Shown here piece after piece: positions 51,468 through 62,367 of a stretch of DNA of 64,000 nucleotides. The notes below the pieces were generated by a model. The model was not told the origin of the DNA. It was given only the letters and a program-made list of their open reading frames with translations, and did no database searches. The position numbers and the translations under genes are program-made. Source of the stretch: a virus; IMG/VR virus record IMGVR_UViG_3300034283_001962, positions 32,001 through 96,000 of that record; one strand, 5' to 3'. Every line of letters begins with the position of its first letter. Position 1 is the first letter of the stretch.

Positions 51468-52482
51468 AACTTTTGCTGATGATCGAAAAAAGTACTATAA
51501 AAAGTATATACTTTTAGAAGATACTAGTGATGAAGACTTAAAAAACCGTGCAACTTTAATTGGTTCAATGGTAGATTGTTTACTATTATCTCCAAATGAA
51601 TTTGATAATAAGTTTTATATTAGTACTTGTAATGAAGTTCCTACTGGACTTATGTTACAGTTTGTTGAAGCTTTATATAAAAGAGTAAGAGACTGTGTTG
51701 ATATAGAAGGAAAGTTAACTCGACCATTTGCTGATTTATCGTTAGAAGCATATAATGATGTCAAGTTTGATAGAGACGGTAACATTGTTGCATTTAAAAG
51801 AGATAGTTTTGAAAAAGTTGTAGAAAAGTTTACTGAAAACGTTAAAGCATATTTTGATGAAATTTGCCAAGTTCGACCAAATGGATTAATGGTAATTACT
51901 ACATCAGATATTGAAACTGCAGAAAAAGTTAAAACTGAACTTAGATCTAATTCAATAACTTCTCAAGTTATCAATCTTAAATCAAATACTCGTTTTGAAG
52001 TTTATGAGTCTTATCCAATTATTTATTCTTATAAAAGTTTTGAATTTAAATCTTTATTAGATAAATTAGTAATAGATCATGATGAAAAAACTATTCAACC
52101 TTATGATTTAAAAGTAACTTGGGACGTAGAAAATTTTTATGAAGGATATTTCCTTTACAGAAAAAGCTATATTCAAGTAGGTCTTTATCATTTAGGTACT
52201 ATGCTTGTATTTAAAAAGCAAGAGAAATATAAAGAATATAAGATTTTACCAATGAAGTTTATTGTAGCAGATCCTAATAATTATACTTCTCCTTTAATTT
52301 ACAGTATATCTGAATCAGTACTTATGAATTCATTTAAAGGATTTGAATATAAATGGAGAAACTATAAAGGAATTGATGCACTTATTGACGATCTTAAATG
52401 GCACGAAGAAACTGGTATATGGAACATATCAAAAGAAAATTATGAGAATAAAGGAGTAGTTATAATAAAAGAGGAGGGATAA
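51376..52482 (+). CDS. PD-(D/E)XK exonuclease (RecE/Cas4-like)
   Basis: SYSSLK, GSMVD, KSLLD, DLK and Y.Q..LY motifs. Confidence 0.75.
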   Translation: MMDYLEKELVTKQMTEREYRSLNKKSYSSLKTFADDRKKYYKKYILLEDTSDEDLKNRATLIGSMVDCLLLSPNEFDNKFYISTCNEVPTGLMLQFVEALYKRVRDCVDIEGKLTRPFADLSLEAYNDVKFDRDGNIVAFKRDSFEKVVEKFTENVKAYFDEICQVRPNGLMVITTSDIETAEKVKTELRSNSITSQVINLKSNTRFEVYESYPIIYSYKSFEFKSLLDKLVIDHDEKTIQPYDLKVTWDVENFYEGYFLYRKSYIQVGLYHLGTMLVFKKQEKYKEYKILPMKFIVADPNNYTSPLIYSISESVLMNSFKGFEYKWRNYKGIDALIDDLKWHEETGIWNISKENYENKGVVIIKEEG

Positions 52483-54024
52483 ATGTCAAAATTAATGAAT
52501 TATTCAAGAACTTGTGCTACTGTGTTTTTAATTAGACCATTAGGATTATGTTCAAAAACTGAATCTTTAAACCCTAAAGATCCAAATGCAGCAAAAATTA
52601 TTAAAAAATATGGATTTATTGAAGCGTATTTATATGATGAAAATCGTACAAGTACATCTTCAAGAGTAGTATATTGTTTGTTTAAACCTCCTAACTTTCA
52701 AGAATTTGAAGAATTCGTAAAAATGGAAATAGAAGATAAAGTAGATATTGTTGACGAATATGACTATCCAAATGGACATGTTATATTAGTTTATAAATTT
52801 CCAGAAATTTATAATAACGATTATGATTTAATATTACAAGGTAAATATTCAAAATGCTCTGATGCATTTAAATCATTATTTCCAATTACAAAATCAAAAA
52901 CTGAATTAACTATTTATGCACTTGTTTTTTATCATGAATCTAAACTTAAATCTGCTGTTGAAGACGATTTAAATGTCAAATTTGATAAAGATATGGAGTT
53001 TTGGTACATTCCTGATGTTACAAAAGAAACTTTAACTTACAATAAAATAAAAAAACTATAAATAATGTTGGAAAAACGCAGATTCACACAGTTAAATCCT
53101 ACAGAAATATTGCAACCTCTTCCTAAAAGTTATAACAAACTTTTAGAATGGTTACCTGTAGATGTAAAAACAACAGATGAACGTAATCAAATTGCTCATC
53201 AGATGTTAATGTATACTCCTAGATTCTTATTTGATTTCTTTGATGATCAAAAGTTATATATTAACATTGAATCAGATTTTGAATTCAAAGGATTTATATG
53301 GTATATTAATGATAATGGTATTACTGGAACAGATACACGAATTGATGCAGAAGAAGCAGCATTTAAAGAAGCATTTAAACTATTGGAGGAATTATTATGA
53401 ATCAGGTATTTAAATTATCGGGCAGTCTAATTACTATTGAAATTGAACCCCATTCAGACAAGAAAAATGTAAGTTTTCGTATGGTTTATGGAGCAAACTT
53501 ACCTGGACAGCGAAAGGAAATTAATACTATGTTTTCTTTAGAGGAATTAAGAACAATTGTTGAAGTAATGCAAAATAGCATTACACATTGCGATATGGCA
53601 AAAACATCTTCTATTTCACTTTTAGACAATGCAACTTTAACTGCTTTTAGCCAAGGTTTAAATGATAAACTATAGCAATTTCCAGAAATATCTAAAACAT
53701 TAAATTATGAGTAAAGAAGAAAAACAAGAAAATAAGTTGTTTTTTGATTATAAAGTTACATCTTGGAGAAGGATTTATTTAAGTGATGAATCTAAAAAAG
53801 AGGAAATCTTAAAAATACTGGAAGAAAACAAAAGTAAAATCTTAGAATCAAATAATCTTGCTGAATACATTCCAGATTTTTACGACAAGCACTTTGTACA
53901 AGATGAGTTACTTTACGAAATAAGTGAAGATATGACTCCTAATATGAATGAAGGAGAAGCCACTATAGAATTTTGTGAAGAAATCAGTAATAGAACAGAC
54001 ATATTATGGACAAATAAACTTTAA
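52483..54024 (+). CDS. Four hypothetical proteins
   Basis: ORF track 52483-53061, 53065-53400, 53397-53675, 53707-54024. Confidence 0.55.
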
Positions 54025-54027
54025 CAA

Positions 54028-54463
54028 TATGATATTTGATTATAAAGAAGAAGAAGAAGAAAAAAAAGGCAGAGCTGATCGGTTTAATGATAGTAAACGT
54101 CAATGGAACTTGATGCATTTACCTTCATTCGAACCTATGGTTCAAGTTCTGGAGTATGGTGCTAAGAAGTATAGTCCTAATCAATGGAAAAAAGGGTTTC
54201 CTATTACTGAAATCTATGATTCTCTAATGCGTCACATGATTGCTTTTATGAATGGTGAAGACAATGATCCAGAATCAGGACTTCCTCACATTGGACATAT
54301 ACAGTGCAATATCATGTTTATGGCTTATGTAAAAGAAAATCATCCTAAGTTTGATGATAGACTTACAGTTATAAATTTTACACCATTAGTAAATATAAAT
54401 AATAGCATTTCACTAAATGGAATAACTTTAGAAAATGTAAATATTTCTAATGGTATAGATTAA
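54028..54463 (+). CDS. dATP/dGTP diphosphohydrolase-domain protein (DUF5664-like)
   Basis: VLEYGAKKY...W.KG, SLMRH and DPESGLPHIGH motifs. Confidence 0.8.
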
Positions 54464-54557
54464 TAATAATCAAAAAGATTACTAATAATAATTTTTTTGA
54501 TTAGAAAAAAGAGGGTATATTTGCAACCCTCTTTTTTTATAAAATTCAGTTTAACAT

Positions 54558-56300
54558 ATGGCAAGTAAATTTTTTAGAACAGACTTTAGTGAGTCTATAT
54601 TTAATCTTAAATATAAACACGAAGGAGCTGAAACCTGGGATGAATTATCCCGTACTCTTATTGAAGATGTATGCAGAAATTATCTTTCACAAGAAGAAAA
54701 GGACGAATTAATAGAGATGCATACAAATATGGAATTTATTGCCGGTGGTAGATATCTCTACTATGCTGGACGTGACAATAAGTTCTTTAATAATTGCTAT
54801 TTGTTAAAGAGTTTAGAAGATAGTCGTCAAGACTGGGCTAATCTATCTTGGAAAGGCGAGTCCTGTTTAATGACAGGTGGTGGTATTGGTAACGATTACA
54901 GTATTTACAGACCTAAAGGAACTCCTATTGCTCGTACTGGTGGTCTTGCATCTGGACCTATACCTAAAATGATGATGATAAACGAGATAGGTAGAAATGT
55001 TATGCAAGGCGGAAGTAGAAGATCTGCTATTTACGCATCTCTTAACTGGTTACATGCTGACGCAGGTGAATTTCTACACTGTAAAGACTGGTATAATATG
55101 CCAGTATCAGGTGCTTATGATGAAAATGGTAAAAATCTAACTGTTGGTTTACTTAAGGAGAAAGACTTTAACTATCCTGCTCCTTTGGATATGACAAATA
55201 TCTCTTTAAATTATGACAATAAGTTTTTAGAAGAGATTTACGGTTTATCATTTGAAGTTCTACTTTCTATCTATAAAGAAGGAGGAAAACATGCTATTTT
55301 CAACTTACCAATTGTCAGGATACCTATTACATTCCTAGAGAACTGTCGTCAAGCTCTTAAAACAGGTGAACCTGGGTTCTCCTTCAATTTCTTTGAGAAG
55401 GTGCTAGAAACGCTTAGAAATGCTTGTACAGAGGTTACTTCAGAAGATGATAGTGATGTGTGTAACTTAGCTAGTGTAAACTTAGCTAACATTTCAACAA
55501 TAGAGAGAGCTAAGAGGGTATTTTATCTTGTTGGTAAGTTCTTGTTATGTGGCACTATGGTAGCTGATTTACCTTATGACAAGGTTAAAGAAGTTAGAGA
55601 ACAGAACAGGAGACTCGGTATGGGTATTATGGGTGTTCATGAATGGCTTCTGAAAAGAAACTATAAGTATGAAGTTACCTCAGAATTACATGAATGGTTG
55701 GCTGCTTATCGTGTAGGATCAGAAATTGGTGCTAACGAATTAGCTGATCTTTTACGTATAAATAGACCAAAAGCTTACCGCGCTATTGCTCCAACAGGTA
55801 CTATAGGTATTATGGCTGGTACAACAACAGGTATTGAACCTTTATTTGCTGTAGCTTATAAAAGAAGGTATCTGAAAGGAGATAAAGAATGGCATTTTCA
55901 GTATGTAATAGATGGTACAGCTAAAATACTCATTAACCAATATAAAGTTGATCCTTACAATATTGAAACTGCTTTATCTTTAGCTAAAGACTATGAGCGT
56001 AGGATTAAATTCCAAGCTGATGTTCAAGATTACGTTGATATGTCTATTTCATCTACAATCAATCTACCAGAATGGGGAACTGAATTAAACAACGATACCA
56101 GAGTTAAGGACTTTGCAAAAGTTTTAGCTAAGTACGCTGTTAGACTTAGAGGATTTACTTGCTATCCAGACGGAAGCAGAGGAGGTCAACCTTTAACTCT
56201 TGTAGATTACCATGAAGCTCAAAAACAAGAAGGTCAGGAATTTAAAGAAGAATTCTTTGATGTTTGTGATTTGACTAAAGGTGGAACTTGTGGAGTATAA
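54558..56300 (+). CDS. Ribonucleotide reductase, probably class II (B12-dependent)
   Basis: GGR, NCY, RRSA, NACTE, CNL and APTGT motifs; C-terminal Cys pair; no beta subunit nearby. Confidence 0.85.
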   Translation: MASKFFRTDFSESIFNLKYKHEGAETWDELSRTLIEDVCRNYLSQEEKDELIEMHTNMEFIAGGRYLYYAGRDNKFFNNCYLLKSLEDSRQDWANLSWKGESCLMTGGGIGNDYSIYRPKGTPIARTGGLASGPIPKMMMINEIGRNVMQGGSRRSAIYASLNWLHADAGEFLHCKDWYNMPVSGAYDENGKNLTVGLLKEKDFNYPAPLDMTNISLNYDNKFLEEIYGLSFEVLLSIYKEGGKHAIFNLPIVRIPITFLENCRQALKTGEPGFSFNFFEKVLETLRNACTEVTSEDDSDVCNLASVNLANISTIERAKRVFYLVGKFLLCGTMVADLPYDKVKEVREQNRRLGMGIMGVHEWLLKRNYKYEVTSELHEWLAAYRVGSEIGANELADLLRINRPKAYRAIAPTGTIGIMAGTTTGIEPLFAVAYKRRYLKGDKEWHFQYVIDGTAKILINQYKVDPYNIETALSLAKDYERRIKFQADVQDYVDMSISSTINLPEWGTELNNDTRVKDFAKVLAKYAVRLRGFTCYPDGSRGGQPLTLVDYHEAQKQEGQEFKEEFFDVCDLTKGGTCGV

Positions 56301-56380
56301 ATTTTTATTGTTTAAAGTTAAACGGGCGAATATTTCTATATTTGCCCTTTTTTTATTATCTTTACTAAAATATAATCAAT

Positions 56381-57487
56381 ATGGCAAGAACATCAAAAAG
56401 TACTGAGAATCAAGCAGGTAAGTCAAAGCTTGATGAATCACTAGCTCGATTAAATAAAGAATATGGACAAGGTTCTGTTTTTAGAATTGGAGACAATCCT
56501 TCAATAGAAGTAACTGATTTTATTAGTACAGGCAGTTTAAATCTAGACAGAGCTGTAGGAGTAAATGGATTACCAACTGGTAGAATTGTTGAAATTTATG
56601 GTCCTGAATCTTCAGGTAAAACAACTATCTGTTTACATGTTATAAAAGAAGCACAGAAAAAGAGTAAAAAAGCTGCATTTGTAGATATGGAAAATGCACT
56701 TGATTTAAAGTATGCTTCAGATATTGGGGTAGATGTTAAGAATCTTATCTTTGCACAACCTAATTATGGTGAAGAAGCTTTAAATATAGTAAAAGAATTA
56801 TGTTTATCAGGTGAAGTTGGAGTAATTATAATAGATTCTGTTGCAGCTCTTGTTCCTAAAACAGAAGCAGATGGCGAAGTAGGTGATAGTAATGTAGGAA
56901 AACAAGCTAGAATGATTTCTCAAGCTATGCGTATTCTTACTCCTATTGTACATAAAAGTGGAACATTAGTTATTTTTACTAACCAAATTAGAATGAAAAT
57001 TGGTGTAATGTTTGGGTCACCAGAAACTACTGCAGGTGGTGAAGCACTTAAGTTTTTTGCATCTGTACGTCTTGATGTACGTAAATCTGTACAACGAGAA
57101 GACGGTGTAGCAACTTCTAATAAAATAAAAGTAAAAGTTGTAAAAAATAAAGTAAGTATACCATTTAGAGAAGCAGAATTTTTTATTATTTATGGAAAAG
57201 GTATTGATAAATTGCAAGAAATTATAGATATTGCAGTTGAATCTAATATTATTCAAAAATCAGGTAGTTGGTATGCTTATGGAAACGATAAGTTAGGACA
57301 AGGTGAAGATAGTATAAAACAACTAATGATTGATAATGAAGACTTTTATAATGAAATTGAAAAAAAAGTACAGGAGGTATTAAATGGGAAGAAAGAAGAA
57401 AATAGACTTGCAAGCGTTGGAGAAAGTGGAGATACAGAAACCATTGGAATCAAACTCACTGACGATGAAGACAGCATTATATCTTGA
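56381..57487 (+). CDS. recA: RecA recombinase
   Basis: GPESSGKTT, DSVAAL and NQIRMKIGVMFGSPETT motifs. Confidence 0.95.
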   Translation: MARTSKSTENQAGKSKLDESLARLNKEYGQGSVFRIGDNPSIEVTDFISTGSLNLDRAVGVNGLPTGRIVEIYGPESSGKTTICLHVIKEAQKKSKKAAFVDMENALDLKYASDIGVDVKNLIFAQPNYGEEALNIVKELCLSGEVGVIIIDSVAALVPKTEADGEVGDSNVGKQARMISQAMRILTPIVHKSGTLVIFTNQIRMKIGVMFGSPETTAGGEALKFFASVRLDVRKSVQREDGVATSNKIKVKVVKNKVSIPFREAEFFIIYGKGIDKLQEIIDIAVESNIIQKSGSWYAYGNDKLGQGEDSIKQLMIDNEDFYNEIEKKVQEVLNGKKEENRLASVGESGDTETIGIKLTDDEDSIIS

Positions 57488-57929
57488 TGATATAAGAACA
57501 CCTATTGAAACTCCTGAAGGATATGAATGGGTAATAGTAAGATCATATGACGAATTTGTAAATTATTTAACAGAATTTTACAGGAGTAAAAGAAAACTTC
57601 CAGAAATGATCTTTTTTGATCATGATTTAAGCGAAGAACATATGAACTTTTATTATAATAATCCTAAGTTTAGTCTTATTCGTTATGAAGAATTTAAAGA
57701 AAAAACAGGATTACATTGTGCTAAATGGTTAACTTTGTTATGTGAAAAAAATAAAATTGATTTGCGAGAATCAAAATTATATGTACATTCACATAATCCT
57801 ATTGGAGCTAATAATATACAACATTGGTTAAACTATTATCTAAAATTACAATACGGTGGTGAGTTTTCATCATGTGTAATTCATAAAGTAAAATTTAAAA
57901 TAGACAATACAAATGACAGTAAAATTTAA
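57384..57929 (+). CDS. Cyclic-phosphate-processing receiver-like domain protein
   Basis: LYLDDIR, FDHDL, TG..CAKWL and VHSHNP.G..NI motifs. Confidence 0.7.
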   Translation: MGRKKKIDLQALEKVEIQKPLESNSLTMKTALYLDDIRTPIETPEGYEWVIVRSYDEFVNYLTEFYRSKRKLPEMIFFDHDLSEEHMNFYYNNPKFSLIRYEEFKEKTGLHCAKWLTLLCEKNKIDLRESKLYVHSHNPIGANNIQHWLNYYLKLQYGGEFSSCVIHKVKFKIDNTNDSKI

Positions 57930-58347
57930 AAAATTAGTTCCAACAGCAATTATTCCTAGTTATCAAACAAAAAGATCAGCAGGATTAGATTTGTGTACAA
58001 TAGAAAAATTTACTATTTTAGCAAATGGAGGAACTTATACAGTAAATACTGGTTTGTCAGTAGAAATGCCTGATGTTTATGAAATGCAAATAAGACCAAG
58101 AAGTGGTCTTGCAGCTAAAAATCAGATAACTGTACTTAATACTCCAGGTACTATTGATAGTGACTATAGAGGAGAAATCAAAATTCTATTAAAAAACTTT
58201 GGTCCTTATACTGTAACTTTTAATGCTGGAGATAGAATTGCTCAAGGAGTAATAGCTAGAGTTGAGAAACCAATTATATTAGAAGTAGAAGATCTTTCAG
58301 AAACTGAAAGAGGAGAAGGTGGATTTGGCAGCACAGGAATCAAGTAA
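57913..58347 (+). CDS. dut: dUTPase (trimeric)
   Basis: AGLDL, RPRSG, GTIDSDYRGE, RIAQ and RGEGGFGSTG motifs. Confidence 0.95.
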   Translation: MTVKFKKLVPTAIIPSYQTKRSAGLDLCTIEKFTILANGGTYTVNTGLSVEMPDVYEMQIRPRSGLAAKNQITVLNTPGTIDSDYRGEIKILLKNFGPYTVTFNAGDRIAQGVIARVEKPIILEVEDLSETERGEGGFGSTGIK

Positions 58348-58435
58348 TCAATTTAACGTATGAAGAGTCATAAAAAGAATCCAAAAAAAAGTCCAGAATT
58401 TCTGGAACTAAATACAAACCAATAAAACGTAGAAA

Positions 58436-58603
58436 ATGGCAACAAAGATCAAACAACCTAAGAGGTACTACAAGACAACTTCAGGAACTTACCGTGCACG
58501 ACTTACTCGTAATGGTAATTTGACTAGCAAAAACTTCATGACTGCTACAGCAGCTAAAAACTGGCTAAAAGAGCAGCTTGAAGAAAGTGTTGGAAGAAGA
58601 TAA
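58436..58603 (+). CDS. Small AP2/Arm-like DNA-binding protein
   Basis: SGTYRARLTRNG..TSKNF.T...AKNWL. Confidence 0.55.
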   Translation: MATKIKQPKRYYKTTSGTYRARLTRNGNLTSKNFMTATAAKNWLKEQLEESVGRR

Positions 58604-58642
58604 CTAACAAGGGGGGTGTAACAACCCCCTAATTTTTAACGT

Positions 58643-59749
58643 ATGAGAAATAGAAAAATTGTTTATAATGCTATTCGTACTCCTGATGGAACTATTATAG
58701 AAAGTAAAAATAGGCATGATTATGTTGAACATTTAGATAAAAATGGTAAAACCTATATGGTAGATGGAGGTCATGATTACCTTCGTCGTAGTGCTTTTTC
58801 TGATGCAGAAGATTTAACTTTATATAACGATGATCCTTTTGAAATAGTACGTGAGCATATAACTAGGTATAATATTTTTAAGTCTGAAGATGTAAAATTA
58901 TGTAACATGTCAGATCAATGGTTAGATAACCTTCTTGATATGTTACTTGATATGTCAAACATGATACCAGAAATGCTTTCTTGGTACACTGTTTTAATCA
59001 TCAAAGAAAAACAGTACAGAGTTGAAAACGAAATATCAATAACAGAAGATGAAGAAATCCTCATTAAAGCGAATAAGCTCAAAGAAATTATTGCAAAAAG
59101 ACCAAGATATTGAGAAGACTAAAGAAATGCAGCAGTTTTTTATGACTATTTGGAATAGTTTACCTCCTTATAGAAAAAGGTGTTACGAAACTGGAGAAGC
59201 TCTTAAAAATCCACCATTATCTACTTATTTTCATCATGTATTACCTAAATCTAAGTATCCAGAATATAGGTTATGTGATTGGAATATTGTACTTTTGAAA
59301 CCTGAAGTTCACGAACAGGCCGAATTAAATATTAATAAGACTCCTAAAGTCAAAGAATACAAACAAAGATTATTAAACCAAATTACAAAACTATGATGCA
59401 ATTTTTTTATGACAGAGAAGAAGTAGTAGGTAAATCAGAAGATAAGACTACTGATTTAACAGAAACCAGAAAAGATAGCTTTAACCCTGAAATGGTTATA
59501 AGAAGCTATGAGTACGTTAAAGGAAAAATTACTATCATACTATCAGATGGACACGAAGAGGCTCAAGAAGTACCTCAAATGAACTCTAAACGTCAAATTA
59601 CTGGTTATAAAAGAGAAAGAAGCTGGGTAACTAGTCAAATTTTCTTAAATGAAAATGATACTAAGAGATATCGTGAGTATTTTGACATTGAACCTCATAT
59701 GCTTTTGCAGAAAGGAAAGTATTTGCTTGAGGATTATAGTCAGCTGTAA
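58643..59749 (+). CDS. Three ORFs (58643-59113 hypothetical; 59049-59396 HNH/NinG-like; 59393-59749 hypothetical)
   Basis: CYETG...FHHVLPK...NIVLL..H in the middle ORF. Confidence 0.55.
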
Positions 59750-59822
59750 TATTAGTATTTGGAGCATTCATTGGTACTTCAGGTACAGTATATTTTAAAA
59801 AGCGTAAAAAAAGTTGATAAAA

Positions 59823-59851
59823 TAAAAAAACCCCTTAATTGGGGTTTTTTA
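59823..59851. terminator. Bidirectional terminator at the convergence of the two arms
   Basis: AAAAAAACCCC-ttaatt-GGGGTTTTTT. Confidence 0.75.
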
Positions 59852-60828
59852 ATACGCTTATCTTTCCTTCTTCTACACCTTTTATCATTTTTTGATCTAA
59901 GGCTTTTTTAAGTTCATGAATTGCTACAATTCTTTGAGCTTCTACATTATTCAAAACTGAATTACAGTAGTTTAACATTAATTCAAGTTCTTTTCCTGTA
60001 AGTTCAAATACTTCTTCTGGTTTCCAGTTGTAACCAACTTCAATTTGTTGTTGATCTTTTTCCATATTTATTGGTTTATGTTAAAATTTATATTTGCTCC
60101 AAGTTTCATAGACTTTGAAAATTCTACTCGAATTCTATATAAGTTATGAAAATCTTTAATTTTTTGTATTAGAACATCTAAATATTTAGAATGTGAAGGT
60201 GCTATACGTACATTAATACTGCCGTTTAACTTCTTAGTTATTTGAACTGTACAATTAACATCAATAGACTCTAAGTATCCAGTTAACCAAGATATATATG
60301 ATGTTTCATTATCAGCTATAATCTTAGGAAAGTTAACCTTTAAAATTTTCATAAAGATACTTTAAAGAATATCCTTTTACAAATTTAATATTAGGATTTC
60401 TATACAAAAAAATAAATTAACTTTTAAGGAATAACTACAAATACAGGATTTAAACAGCTACTAGCTGATACAAATGTAATACTATTATTTGCAACAAGAG
60501 TAAAACTTCCAAAATTACCAAATAATGTATTTAATTGAGTTACAAGATTAGTACGTCTAGCATTTTCATCAGCTCCAGTTGTAGTAATTAATACACCTGA
60601 AGTAAATAATGCTCCACAACCTACATTAATTGTTACTGTTGCATCAGTTAATAAAGCTAACGATGCAATATTAGCTACAACTGTACCACCTGCTCCACAG
60701 CAAGTATTAGCATCAATTTCAAACCAGTTACCGTTTTTAGGCTTAGATTTTCTAAGTACTAAGCTGGCAGGTACGACCCTCTTGCTAGCATCAATTCTAA
60801 CAAAAGCTTTTAATAAATTAGCTCCCAT
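59835..60828 (-). CDS. Three hypothetical proteins (the last is a possible structural protein)
   Basis: ORF track 59835-60065, 60068-60352, 60424-60828. Confidence 0.55.
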
Positions 60829-60833
60829 GTTTT

Positions 60834-61874
60834 TTAGACTTTTAAATTGTTAAATGTTTGTTTACTATCTAATAGTTCTTCTACATATTTAGAAGAACAC
60901 ATATTTAAATTAATTTTATTATAATCTACTCCTAAATCAAAAGGAGTAGTTGTATTATTTCTAAAAAGCATTTTATCAAAACATCCTTCTATAGCTCCTG
61001 CATCGTGATAAATATACTTATTTTTCCAATCTTTTATTGGAGTAGTAGCCCAAGCAAAATCCATACATGTAGGTGTACTTGTTTCTTGACCTCTTTTCCA
61101 CAGATTCCATAATAGTGACCACATATCAGCACACCATACTTGAAACCCTTTATCTTCACTTTCAAAAAATTGATTATTAACATTAGTTAAATGTACTCTA
61201 AGCATCATACAACCATCTAATACATCTGCCCAAAACTTTGCATCAATTCCTTTTAGTAGATATTGTGCTCCTCCTGTATTAAATTCATTTTTTTCACAGA
61301 TTTCTCTACTGATACCAAAACTACTTATGCTTTCTGCAAGTATATCTCGTTTTTTATATGTATCAATCTTTCTTGGAATAACATCTTTTATTTTACTATC
61401 AAAATAACTAGCTGATATATAACTTCTTGTATCTGATAAATAATTTATATTATCATTTAGTAATCCTTCTATAAAATCAGGATATTTAGTAAAAATAACG
61501 TCAGAATCTAAATAAAAAACACATTTATCACTTAATTCTGGATGAACTGTAAAGTATTCTTGTAAACACCAAGGTCTAAGTAATGGTATATAATTAAAAG
61601 TTTTAATTAAATGCCAACATTTTCCTTCTTTACTATCATCAAAATATATAAATTTAACTTCCGGATACCTTTTTTCTAATGCAAAAAAGAGAGGGTGTAT
61701 CTCTCTTTTTGGTGACGTATATAACAAAACGTGATAACGATTTGATATTCCCAGTCTGCTAAAATTATGTAGTTGAATATTAAGTTGCCAAGCAAAGAAT
61801 AGATCTGTCGGTTGTACCGATATTAAAATCCATTCTTTCATAATATTAATTTTATTAAGATAAAGAAATCTCAA
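60834..61874 (-). CDS. GT-A fold glycosyltransferase-like protein
   Basis: YLDSDVIF DxD motif, GGAQYL, W.ADMW and YHDAG. Confidence 0.6.
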   Translation of the reverse strand: MRFLYLNKINIMKEWILISVQPTDLFFAWQLNIQLHNFSRLGISNRYHVLLYTSPKREIHPLFFALEKRYPEVKFIYFDDSKEGKCWHLIKTFNYIPLLRPWCLQEYFTVHPELSDKCVFYLDSDVIFTKYPDFIEGLLNDNINYLSDTRSYISASYFDSKIKDVIPRKIDTYKKRDILAESISSFGISREICEKNEFNTGGAQYLLKGIDAKFWADVLDGCMMLRVHLTNVNNQFFESEDKGFQVWCADMWSLLWNLWKRGQETSTPTCMDFAWATTPIKDWKNKYIYHDAGAIEGCFDKMLFRNNTTTPFDLGVDYNKINLNMCSSKYVEELLDSKQTFNNLKV

Positions 61875-62313
61875 TTAATTTGAAAAAAATTGGATAGGTT
61901 TCTTCAGTTTGTAAGTTTTCAAAATCATCAATACTGAAAGCATAAACTTCAATATCTTTTTCCTCTTTTAATAATTTATCAAGTTCAGTATTAAATTCAA
62001 TAAACTTAGGATTTAATTTTTGAACATCTTGATTTTCTTCATTCTTTTCTGTAATATTAAGAGGTAGACTAACATTTCCTTTATCATCTTTTTCACCATG
62101 TTTAGTAATAAATTCATCACGAAGTTTATCTATTAACTCTACATTTTGAGAAGTGGTAGTTTTAAGTTTATTCAACCAATATTTAACTTTTAAGTTAAGT
62201 GATTGACTTAAAAGACCTTTTGTAATTTTTGTACCATTTTCACGATTAACTGATCCTGAAAGTTCAGAATCTAACTGATAAACTTCTAAAAGTGTTAATT
62301 TAGCTTTGTTCAT
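61855..62313 (-). CDS. Hypothetical helical protein (DUF1617-like)
   Basis: 152 aa, LKVKYWL...LLKEE pattern. Confidence 0.5.
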   Translation of the reverse strand: MNKAKLTLLEVYQLDSELSGSVNRENGTKITKGLLSQSLNLKVKYWLNKLKTTTSQNVELIDKLRDEFITKHGEKDDKGNVSLPLNITEKNEENQDVQKLNPKFIEFNTELDKLLKEEKDIEVYAFSIDDFENLQTEETYPIFFKLIEISLS

Positions 62314-62367
62314 ATTATGATTTTTTTAAAACGCAAATATAGTGTTTTTTAACTAAAAAACAAAATT

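Noticed and set aside
54028-54463. Z-genome or 7-deazaguanine DNA modification implied by the dATP/dGTP diphosphohydrolase
   Set aside because: No purZ, dpdA or que genes in the window
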